Shown one piece after another: positions 18,201 through 30,200 of a stretch of DNA of 33,194 nucleotides (positions are counted from its first letter, which is position 1; each line of letters begins with the position of its first letter). The position numbers were made by a program, and so were the translations under genes. Source of the stretch: Clostridia bacterium (GTDB taxonomy: Bacteria; Bacillota; Clostridia; Christensenellales; CAG-1252); the NCBI GenBank assembly GCA_009928745.1, contig SACC01000001.1, positions 1 through 33,194 of the forward strand, written 5' to 3'. A model generated the notes under the pieces. It did no database searches and was not told where the DNA came from. It saw nothing but the letters and a program-made list of their open reading frames with translations.

Positions 18201-21200
18201 GTCTTGTCCGACGAATACTTTGACAATTTCCACCAACATGTCGATGGTTATTATTAGGGCTGTTTCTTTGCTGCTTATTCTGATTAGCGCCTCAATAGCC
18301 TCTCCTAATGTACTTTCAGCATTACTAACCACAGCAAACATCTGCTCAAACGGAGTCATTGCGTTTTGGGCTTCCTCATCGGTATAGCCGTGGTAAGACT
18401 GCATAATAAAACTATTAAGAGCGTTTATTTCCTCGTCTTCGTTAGCTCCGAACATACCGAGCACTATATTGCCCAAATTAACAGGAACGGCAACGTTAAG
18501 CTTACTATCAAATATTTCGGCTTGTCCGTAAATATTTCCGCCGTAAATCCATATATGAAGTATTACTTGTTCAAACCTTACATTTTCTCCGTTGACGTCG
18601 TGTTCAATTATATAATAGGTCAGCATCAGCTCGCCCACTACAGACTCTGCCACTTCGCTTGAATTGCCGGAGAATAGGGCGGCAAAATTAATGCCTATTT
18701 GTCCTTGAATGGTTACATAAATCATACTGCTTTCTAAGAAGCTGATGTCTAGGTCCAAATCTATAGGAAGACTGATAAGGTCTAATATATCGGTAATATT
18801 AAGGTCGCCTTGATTATAGCTAAACGAGAAAGAAGCATTAACATTTATACGCAAAGTAAGGTCGGCATATTCGGTATATTCTGCCTTTTCTTCATCGGTC
18901 AGAACGTCTTTGATACTGCTTACGGTTTCTCCGCTTTCGTTGATATAATTTGACTTAATATCAACCAGCAAGCTGGAGTCTTCCCCTATTATACCTATGC
19001 CTAACGAAAGCAGTGCGCGGTTATTTTTCCTTGCCATAGCCTCGTCATAAATCATAGTAAAGGCTCTTTCGGCAATCAGTCCGCTGTTAGTCACGCTCAT
19101 AAGCTCAGTAATAGAAGCCGCTTCTTCCAAAAGCAAATACTCCTTCAAATATTGACTCTTTTCCACAAAGCTCAGCATTTCCAAAATTTGCTCGGCGCTA
19201 TAGCCTTGTCCAAGGTTAGCTTTAAGCGTCAATTTTTCGGCTACCTGCGGATATAAACCAATATAATCTGCAAAATAATTATTCCATATTGACAGATCAA
19301 GAGAATCCTTAGTAGTGCCAAGAACGTTGACGGCTATTACTATATCGTCATATAGTTCTTTGCTATCTAAGCTTAAGGTTACATTATTTACAGTATTTGC
19401 TATATAATCCAATACCAAAAGCAAGGCTTCGGCTTTAGCTTTAGCGGTAGAAACATCTAAGGTAGATATATAGTTATGCAAAGCTATTTCGTCACTATCG
19501 TTTGCTATAAGTAATGCAAGTAAATCGTCAAAGTCACTAGCTAGTGCATTAGCGTAAGCGTTTGACGCTTGAATATAGTATATACTTCCGCCTAAGCTGT
19601 ATGTGTTGAAGATAGCGCGGAACGCTGTATTGATGCCCGATACGGTATAATTGCCGTTGAAATACGTTTCTATCATATCGCGCATTCTTAGATAATCCTC
19701 GGTGCGGCCGTTGGTTGTCGACAATGCTGCCGATGCTGCCACTATCTCCGCCAAATCTTCGCTAAGTGTCAATATGTTGGTATAAGCAAGAGCGGCAAAC
19801 TCATCAAAAAGCCCTAGTTCGCTGATATATTCCATAAAGTAGGTGTTTACAACTGCTTTATAGCTTGCCCATACGCTATTTAGTATGGAAATCAATTCTA
19901 CATTTAACAATACGTTTTCGTTTTCAAAGTCAGCGGTCGTTGCGTTATAGCTAAGGGCAATAATGGAAGCAAACAATTCACGTTTGTCCTCGTTAGTCAG
20001 CACGCCTAAGCCGCCGTCTTCAGCCGCTACAATTATATTAGATATACTGCGACAGAAGTTAACTGTTTCTTTATAGGCGGTAGGTACTGCGAAGCCGCCT
20101 TGAGATATCATTAGGTCTATGGCGCTGACTACGTCTGATAAATCATAATTACCGGTTATTTCTTCTCCGCCGAATTCTACGGTGTAGATATTATACAGAT
20201 GGTTGCGCAAGGCTAATACAAATCCGTCATAATTTGTCACAATACCGCTAAGCATCGCGATTACGTCTAACTGACTGTTATAAACTATATTATCTGCTAA
20301 GGCACTAACGATGGTGTCCATATTATAAGCCATTATTTCATAATATCTTAGGTCATAATTGTCTACCCACTCGTTAAAGTTGCTTATCTTGGGAGCTAAA
20401 CCGCCTGTAAATGAAAGAGCAAATTGCTCGCGGTAAGCTGCCGCCATTTTTACTATGCCGCTATCGGTAAGGTTAGTTATAAGAAGCTCTTTAAGCGCAA
20501 GCAGCATAGATTCCTGCATAGAAGAATCGTTAAGCACAACCTGCTTTAATGAAGCATATTCTCCGCTATTGTTGTCAACTCCTTCAATAAAGCTTTCAAT
20601 ATCGGTAATTTTGTATATCTTTCCGTCTTGGAATAACTCTTTTGCCGTGGTAAGGAAGAGTTGTTTGGACTGAGCCATTGTCAAAGAATGTTCTTCACTT
20701 AAAGAAAATTCATAGCTCTCACACTTTTCTATCAGTTCATACCAAAGTTCTCTGTAATCTTTTTTGGAAACCTCAGCATTAAGCATAAGTATGTTTTCCA
20801 TACGACCGTAAATATAGTATATGGCTTGATAATAAGTCTTTCCGCCTGCATTAAGTTGGTCTTGCACACTTGCACTGTTTACAATGCTAAGTTCCTCGGT
20901 AATATATTTTAGTTTGGAAAGTTTAGCAAACAGCTGTGTTTCCAAAATATTGCGGTAATTGTTGCAATAATCGGGTATTAAGACAACACCGTAAGTTGCT
21001 AATGCCAAATTATTTATTCTTATATTTTCCGCCGTCTTTTCCGGAGATGCTTCGCTGTAATTATTGGCAGCCTGATATACTGCTTTGATATAAGCAAGCA
21101 GCTTCGCTGCATAACCAAACGCTATATCAATATCGGTAACGGTATTAACATCTTCTACTGTAGGACAATAACCTAAGCTCGCTTCTATTGTAGCAAGAGC

Positions 21201-24200
21201 CTGACCGTATTCTTCGGAATACTGAGGATTGCCGTATTCGTCATCCTCTATTCTGTATTTTACCTTCTCAATTTCGTCAAGTGTAGTCTTAGCGTTATTT
21301 AGGTCGCTTATCATATCCAAAAGCGGCTGCCTTTCGTTATCGACGATAACGGGCATCAATATGGTAGACCACATACCTATGCTGTCATTTATTAGGTTAA
21401 CTATATTGCTATAGTAATTATCCGACAAATTGATTGAACTGAGTCTGGCGGGAAGAACGCTGAATATATTTTCGCTTACCGCTTCAAAATTAGCATCCAA
21501 GAGTACTTCCAATCTATCGTTATAACCGTCAACACCATAATACCAAGTATGGAAGGAATTATAACTTGCGGCATCATAATACTCTTCCCATAGCTCTAAA
21601 TTAGCGCTGCGCAAGAATAAATTATCCAATAAAAACGCTTTATTCTCGGCATTAATTTTCTTTTCCAGTTCCAAAGTTACGTTTGCCGAAGCATATTCGT
21701 TAATATCAACTATTATCAAGCTTTCATCCAAAATGTCGCTATAAAGCGTTTCCGCATCTTCTCTGAACTCATTAATAAAATCTAAATAAGTATCAATATT
21801 ACTGATAACGTATTCTTTGGATTTTGCGACAAGACTGGTTAGGGTGCTGTCAATTACACTGTTCGCCGAGGAAATAACGGTACTGTTGATAATCTCTTGA
21901 ATATCGCTGTATAATCTTTCGAATAAGCAGGATTTCAAAATATTATTGAGTTCGGTTATTCTCTCTAATGTAGAGCTGTAACGCATCCATTTGTCCCAAG
22001 CATATTTCTTTATATATTGCTCATTAGACAAATACCCAAATAATTTGCTTATTCTGTTAACGGCGGCAGTAACTTCGGCTATATTAGTACTATCTCCTAC
22101 ATAATCACTCATGGAAGAAAGCCATACCGCCTCTGTTAAACAGCTGTAGTTGCCCAAAGCAAAATTATTATATATTTGGTTTAATAGCGTAAATTCTTCG
22201 CCGACAAGACTCTTCAATAAATAACCGAAGGAAATTACCTCTTCTATTGCATTATCGTAGCTTCCAAAGTAGGACGCCGCATAGTTTTGCGCTTCAACAA
22301 CAGCGGCGGTTAAGCCTTTTATTTCCACATATTGATTAAACGCTAAGTAGGCATTATAGAAGCTATAACTTCTTATGTCGAATAAATATCCGTCGGTAAT
22401 ACTCTGATTAAGCCCGGTAATGTTCATATCGACTACTTGAGACTTGAGCAATACAGCCTTTACCGCTACGTCTATTGCCGCGCGGTTTTGGGTGTTTAGC
22501 TCTTCCTTTGTTTCATCGAAGGTATCGCATATGTCGGAGGTTATTTTTAAGGCGGTGGCTATGGAAATATTATGTTCCAAATCCACACCCTTGTATTTCT
22601 CTAATAAAGCCTTAATAGCCTCCATAGGAACATTAGAATAGTTCCCTTGAGCTATCTCATTAATTACGCTTATATTGCTAAAAGTACTTATATCATAACG
22701 TTTTAAGACATACGCAAAAGCTCTGACCGCTATATAACAATCTGCCAAATAGCCGTCTCCGCCGTAATTATCGCTAAGAGTAATCGGATTGCCTATATTG
22801 TTAACGTTGCTTACGTATGAATTTGCCGAAGAAATATAACCTTGAAGCACTTCATCGGTTGTGTCAAGAGAAAGTACAAGCCACGCTATTACCAGTTTGA
22901 ATAAATCATTAGATGTCCAATTTAATTCAGCTTTCGGGTCGGTTTCTTGAGTAGCTCCGTTATTTATTGCAAACTCGGAAGCAGGCAGGTCTATTGGCTT
23001 ATAAATACTCTCCATTTCTAAGTTAATGAGCTCGTCAAAGCTTAGCTGCTTTAAGGAGAAGTCTGCACCGTAGCTGTTAATATAGGCTGTTGCCTCGGAA
23101 AAATCTTGCAAAAGAGTTGTCAGCTTGGTATAATAACGGCTTATTAAGGTATTATAAGCTACGCTTAGGTCATATTCTGAGGAGCTTTGTGTCACTCCTT
23201 CCAATATCAAAGAATAATCTATACTCTCTTCCAAGAAAAGTTTCCTTACTATAGCGGCTTTAATTGCTCTTATCGACATGGTTGCATCGATTGTATAACT
23301 GCCCGCCGCCGTTATAAGCGCCGATATGCTGTTAAATACTAGATCGTAAGTAAATCCGCCCTCTTGATAAGCGCTCATTGTTGCGCCTTTGGACAGGTTA
23401 TAACTTTGCAACGTCTTTGAAGTAGTTGTAAGAATGTTGCCTATTATTTTGACGTCGTCCCTATTCACTCCAAGAAGCGCTAGCTTTTCATCGCTGTAAA
23501 ACTCCGCTTTTGCCAAATTGTTCCAAACAACGTATTTAAGTATGTTTACATCGTCTTCGATAAGAGCGTTGTTAATTGCATTGGAACCAAGGAGCAAGTC
23601 TTGCTTAAACTTATCGTAAGCATAAGCTTTAATCTCAATTTCGCTTGCCTTTGAGTACTTTGCTCTAGCAAAGCTTTCCGCCGAAAGCATCAACGCCTTT
23701 TGATAATAATCGGTGGTTTCTTCATAATATCTTTCGTAAGCCAGCGCCTTTTGGTATACATATAGTTCGTCGTATTTGGCGGTATATACCTTGATACCTC
23801 CGGCTGAATCGGCATAGTATATTTGCTCGTATAAATACTTAAACCAAGCGCTCTGCCTTGCGTATAAGTTGCGGAACAAATTAGTAACAAGATAAGTATA
23901 AGATACCGAGTCGCTGCCGCTGCCGAACATATTTCTTATAGAATCAATCTTCTTCTTATAGGTATTGCCGTTATATCCTTCCGACATGCTTACTCCAGCT
24001 TCTCTTCCCAAAGAAACGCACGCATCGAAAGCCAAAGCCTTGCTTCCGTATGTGGCAAGAAGAACGTTCAACTCATTCTTTACTTCCAAATCAGTTATTG
24101 TCTCATATACTTTATCCCACTCAACTTCCTTCAAATAATTAGAGTAGAATAATTCAAGCTTTATATTCTTTTGATTGATATCACGCTCATTGTCTAAGGA

Positions 24201-27200
24201 GTAGTCAAAACCGTACGTGGTAGCAAGAGCCTCGCTAAAGTAGCATTCTATTGCAACATAATCGTATAAGAATAGTTTTGCCTGCGTTTCGCTAAAGTCT
24301 GTCAGACGCGCTCTTATCCTGCTCATAATAGCCGGAGCATCGGTTGCAGTATCGGTCAGCCAAGCATTTACTCTAGAAAGTTTTTGCGCATCCGATAGAT
24401 TATAGTTTTGGTAAAGCAGAGTGTTCTCAACCAAAACAGCCCAAACCTTGTCATAAATAATCGACGTTGCCGAAACGTTGTTTTGGTACCAATAGACAAA
24501 TTCATTATTTAGCAGCTCACTCATGAGAATGCTGTCGGCATCGTCTATTTCTTTACTGGGCAAATCTAATTGAATAAGTATTGTTATACTTGGGTCAATT
24601 GACAGGCTAAGGGCGGGAGTGGTTACCGAATTAATAACTTCTTCCACCACGACAATCTTTTCTGCCAAATCAACGCCCATAAAGTATTTAACAAGGGAGA
24701 ATATTGCGCCTTGAGTAAGATTAATCGCCACACCTTTGATTACGTCGCCGATTATTGCAAGGGTACCTATACCTTGAGTAGCTCCTGCAATGTTTTGAGG
24801 ACGTTCGCCATTATAATAATTTTCTATGCCGGCTATCCTTTCTCTTAATTCGGCAGCTTCCTGAGTATCTCCCCCGGTTATTGAAGAAATAAGCCCCATT
24901 ACGTTGGTTATTTTTACCTTACCCACATAGAAGTTTTCGTTATTGGAAAGACCCGATGCATCAATAAACAAATCTCCGCGGATATAGGATATACCGGCAA
25001 TCTGCGTTATTTCTCCTGTGCTCTTATTAAGCACATTGAGGTATACTTTTGCTTGCAGGTCGTCTAATATGGATTTTATATTAACAGTCAAGCTTATATC
25101 AACGTATACAATAGAGTCAACGTCATTTATAAGCTCCAATATAGGCGCTATCTGCCTAGTAAAGCCTTGGGCGGTCAAATCTATATCTGTCATAGAAAGG
25201 ATATAATAGAGCAATTCTTCCAAATTATATATACCTTTTTCATCGGTAAGATTTATCATAATTTTGGTTTTGAAATAAATCGTATCAATACGGGTTAATT
25301 CTCTATATTCCTCAACACCGCTTACCGAAGTGCCTGACGCTTCAAAGCCTACATATAAGCCGTTTAGCCTTACAGTTATTCCCAAAACAGGTTTCATTTG
25401 GGTTGTGCCCACGTTTAACGGGTCGTCACTCATAGCTATCTGCAAACCGAAAGCAAAGCTTCTTACGTTTTCGCTTACTTCGGTGCCTTTTAGATAAATT
25501 TGCAAAGCTGCATCGTTAAATAAGTCAAAGCCGCCAAAGCCGAACATCTTAAGCAGCGCCGAAATAGCCGCCTTTTTAACAATCAAGTAGAAGCCGTCGT
25601 TAGTAATGTTCGCAGACAAGCCTAAATTAACGTTATTGTTTGCTGCAAAACGCAAATCCTTCGCTATGCTTTCCCAGCTTGCGGCGGCAGGACTGTCTTG
25701 CGCGCCAAACAAAGAATCGGCTATATTCGCCACATACACCTTATCACTGTTGAGCTTGCTTATATCTACATATAGATTCTTATTGTAATATGTGATTACC
25801 GCCCATTCTTTATTTTGGTCAAAATACATGCCCTCGGCTGTGCGATAAATCCTTAGTCCTATTCTTAACGTAGAGCCTGATTTCAAATGCTCAAGGAAAT
25901 TATTATCTTCGCCGTTTCCAAAATCCAAATCGGCAAGTACGTCTAGCGCAATAGTAATTTTATGTGTATTATTGAGGGTTAGCAATACCTCGGCAAGACT
26001 GGTAATCAGTCCGCTCAAAGTTTGCTCAAGCAGGGAATAAACAGGGTCTTTGGACAAATCTTTGCCTTCTGTCGCCCCCAAATCAAACTCTAAATACAGC
26101 GTCGTGCTTATGGAAATTTTGGGGAGAGCGTTTTCTACAACGACATATCCTACGGGATCGCCGTTCTCGTCTTTTTCCAGACTTGCTTCGTCAAAGGTAA
26201 TGTATTTTTCTTGGTCTAAATCAAGCTCTATTGTGTGAATACTTAGGTTAAGGCTTATGCCTCTGCCTGTAGAAATACCCTTGTTGTTTACGCTCTCAAA
26301 GCGTAAGCCCACTCTTATCAAATCCCTGTCATTGTCGGTAAATATCCCGGGGACCTCTCCGCCGTAAGTTGCCACGCTGAATATATCCAAAGTAACGCTG
26401 GGTTCGCCCACTTGGGTTATCATACTCTTGATATTGTCCATTCCGCCCAAATTCAAGAAGCCAAGTATGGCGTATATAGCGTTGGCGGCTATTTGAATAG
26501 AAAGTCCGCTCTTAAGCAGGTCAAGGTTGACTTGAGCGTTCTCGCCGTCCGAAGCGTTAGCAATTTTGGCAGCCATAGCAGCAGCCACGACTATTTTAGA
26601 TACAGAAGCTTCTTCGTCAATGTCAATACCCAAAGGATATGCGCCGTTTGAAGCAAACACGGTGCCAAACAATCCTCTTATATACTCTACCGCGTTTTTA
26701 ATATAAATTCTTTGTATGTTAAACCTTTCCGCGTTCAGATAAATATAGTTGGTCTCTTCTCCCGTAGTAGGGTCGACTTCGGAGCCTAGCACAAATTGCA
26801 GTACAACGTCGTTGACTCCGTCTCTTTGTTTTATGTTGCCTTCACTGTCTAAAGCATAAAGGGTTATGGATAGGTCTGTGGTGCTCAGGTTGCCGTCAAA
26901 CAAATCGAACAGATTGAACCTGGCTTCCATAATGATTCGATAGTAATTGCTTATATCATTAAGTATTGCAAGCACTGGAGATAGGTCAATGCCTTGTCCT
27001 TGTACTTCCAAATTAAAATTCATTCCGCTTAGAAGAGTGTTGATGAGCGTTGTAAAATCATATTCTGTGTTCTCTTCCAAATCCCAGCCGAAGTCTATTT
27101 CCAATGCGGCGTAAACGTATCCGAAGTTCTTATCAAATACCGCAAACTCGCCGTTTTCGTCGGTTTGAACTTGCTGTATATATTCGGCAATAGTTATTGC

Positions 27201-30200
27201 TTCTCTCTTTTGAATAATATTATGATTTTCATCCTCATAATTTACCCAAACTTTCTTGGTAAGCTGATTGTCTTCAAACTTAATGCCGGCTTCGTTAAAT
27301 TTTGCGCTTATATATAGATTGGCAACTTCGGCATCTACGCTGACTATGGAGTTGTCATAGAGAAGACCGAGCCTTATTTGACCTTGCTCGTGAGCTGCTT
27401 CTACTATCAATTGGGGCAAATTAGAATATGCTTCTTCGTAGTACCTATTAATCTTATCGGTCTGAGAATCATCTATATCCTCTCTATACCATATTTGTGC
27501 GCCTTCTTCTGTAAGAACGTCGCTTAATGCAACCATGATACTGTTTGATGCGTCTTTCCTCGGTTTGCCTTCGCTGTCGGTTAGTATGGTGTAAGTTTGT
27601 TCTTTGCGTAAAATAAATTTATAATCACCGTTAAGGGCGGCGGTTATTTCTTCTTTGTAGTACGTCCAAGCGGTATACTTATACTCGTTACCCGTCAATT
27701 CTTTTTGTGCGTTTGCAACATAAGTTAACAAACTGTCATTTAGATAAGCCTCGGCTTTCTCTAAGCTAAAACCATCGGATGCAACAAGCATATCCCATGC
27801 GTAAGCCTTCCATATGGTGGTAACAGACTCATTAAAGCTTCTATAATAATTTTCTTCAAAGATAAATACATCCCCGTCTATTTGGTACTGTCCTGCAGGG
27901 TCTTTGGCAATATTATTGATAGCCTTCATTTTATCGGTAATATTACGGTATTCACCTTCTATATTACCTTTTATTTCCAACCAAGACTTGCTCTTTGCGT
28001 CAAGTTCCAAACTTCCGTTGGCTGAGTAATGTCTTAAATAAATAGCGTTATATTCAGCCTTATCGTCTTCCGACCACATATAATTCTTTGTAAAATACTC
28101 AAATGCTAACTTTTGGATATTAAGCAGGCGATTTGCCGCGGGAATATCGGGAAGCGCCGCTACTGCGCTTGTTGCGCTCAAATACACATCGCTTAAAGCC
28201 GTCAGCTTGGTATATACGTCTTCCAAATAAGCTTCCAAAGCCTTACCCTTTGCAAAATAAAGGGTATATTCCATTGACATTGCCGAGGTTTCGGCATCAA
28301 TGGCATCGTTGTCGTTCTGTTTATCTTTCAGCTCGCTTATTTCATCGGAAATCAGCTTCTTATATAAATCCCATGCTTGTATCTTCTTTTCTTTTGTTGT
28401 ACCCGGTGCGGTCTGCGTTTCCAAAATAATACCCGCTCTCGTGTATTCCTCATCGGAAAGACTTTCCAAAAGAGCATCCCACGCGCGCGACTTATCATTA
28501 TAGTTTTCTTCCAATACCTCGTCCATTAGGGTAAGAATTACGTCTTTTTTGTACTGCTCGTCTTGAAGCTGTCCAATGATTATTTCTTTTACTAACTGCT
28601 TAAATGCGCGATTGTTCAAACTCTTAACGTCGTTGAATGCCTCGTTAAGCAATTTCACCAAAACGTTGGCGGTAGCGGTAATGGTAAAGCCGTAAGTATT
28701 GCCGATAACGCCGCTGATAAAGTCCTCTAAGGGAGTTTCGGTAATTGTTCCGGGAGCTGCCGAAGCAAGACCGGAATTATTTGACAACTCAAGATTTTTA
28801 TTAACGGCATATTTTAGATACAATGCATATTGCATATAATCGTAATCCGTTGCCATAGAGGTATTAACCACGGGAGCGGCGGGACTTTCTCCCTCTTCCT
28901 CTGTGTTATTGCCAAGTAATTTGCCTAAGTTGTCCATAACTTCTTTGGCGGTATTTTGGAAGTCTACTATTTTAATTCTTCCTACGTTAAATGCCGATAA
29001 ATCCAAATAAAGGGTCAAAAACTCGTCGATTCCGTCGGTTTCTTTGACCAAATAGACTCCTATAATCAGCGCTTCGCTATAATATCCTGCTTCAACAGAA
29101 GTATTATAAAGCTCCAAATAAGCTTCTATGCCCGACGCGCTAAGAAGACCGAGAATATCTAAGGAAAGCTCGGGATTTTCTAGTTTCGCCGCGTTATAGG
29201 CGGAAATTGTCCCGACTAGCTGCATCAAATTAGCTTTTAATTCCAATCTGAAGGTAACGTTGGCGTATACAGATTGTATTACGTTAAGTATAACGTCTAA
29301 TGCAAAGCTGTCGTCTTCAAGTAGAGCCCTGAGCAAATCTCCAAAATTGATACTCGTCATATCCATTTCGGTTTCTGCGGTGTCCTCGCCCTCTGCTCCT
29401 AAATTCAACTGTCCTTCAAAAAATACCTTAAAGTCCGAAGTCCAATCCTTATCTATTATTGTATAGTAATCAACATATTTACCGTTTTGCAAAATTTTCT
29501 CTCTAATCGACAAGGATAACGGGTCGGTAAGCGATAACTTAGGATATTCTATGCTAAGACCAAGATTAAACAAGCCCTCTAACTGCAGGTCTACTCCCAC
29601 AAGGTTTTCACCGAGAGCATTGATCGTTAGATTAGGAGTATATCTATTGAAATATCCTTCGATATCTATGCCAAAAGTAGCTAGCAAGGAATACAGAGCG
29701 GCTCCTGTTACTTCTAGCAAAATAACTGAAGTGTTTGCGCCCTCTCTTTGGGTGCTTATGCTGAGTATAATTTCCTTAGCAATGGCATTTGCCGCGGCGT
29801 TATTTAGTCCCGCTACATCATTTCCTGCCGCATCTGAGGGTTCTGTCTCCCCGCCGCCAGTTATCAAATCTCCTAAGTGTATGCCGAACGCTTCGCTTAA
29901 AGCAATAATAATTGCGCTGACATTGTGTAGCTTAATAGGTTCAACGCCCAAGAACTTTAAGGAAATATAAACGTCTGCAACACCGTCCGCGCCTACTACT
30001 ATATATAGTGATAATACATTGCCAAGATAGTAGTCGCCTGCTAGTCCGTACATTTCGTCCCAGAACTTACCATTTCTTTCGGCTTCGGAAAGGTCGGAGT
30101 AGAAAGTAAAGAACTCTCCCTGCTCCAATTCCATCATTTTTTGATAGCAATAATATCCGTCGTTAATAACAAGTTCGTCTATATATTGAGTGCTTCCCGG

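Noticed and set aside
4280-23890. Small minus-strand out-of-frame ORFs at 4280..4477, 5579..5773 and 23690..23890
   Set aside because: Each is 64-66 aa, fully nested in the giant ORF in another frame, and has no start context or recognisable sequence features.
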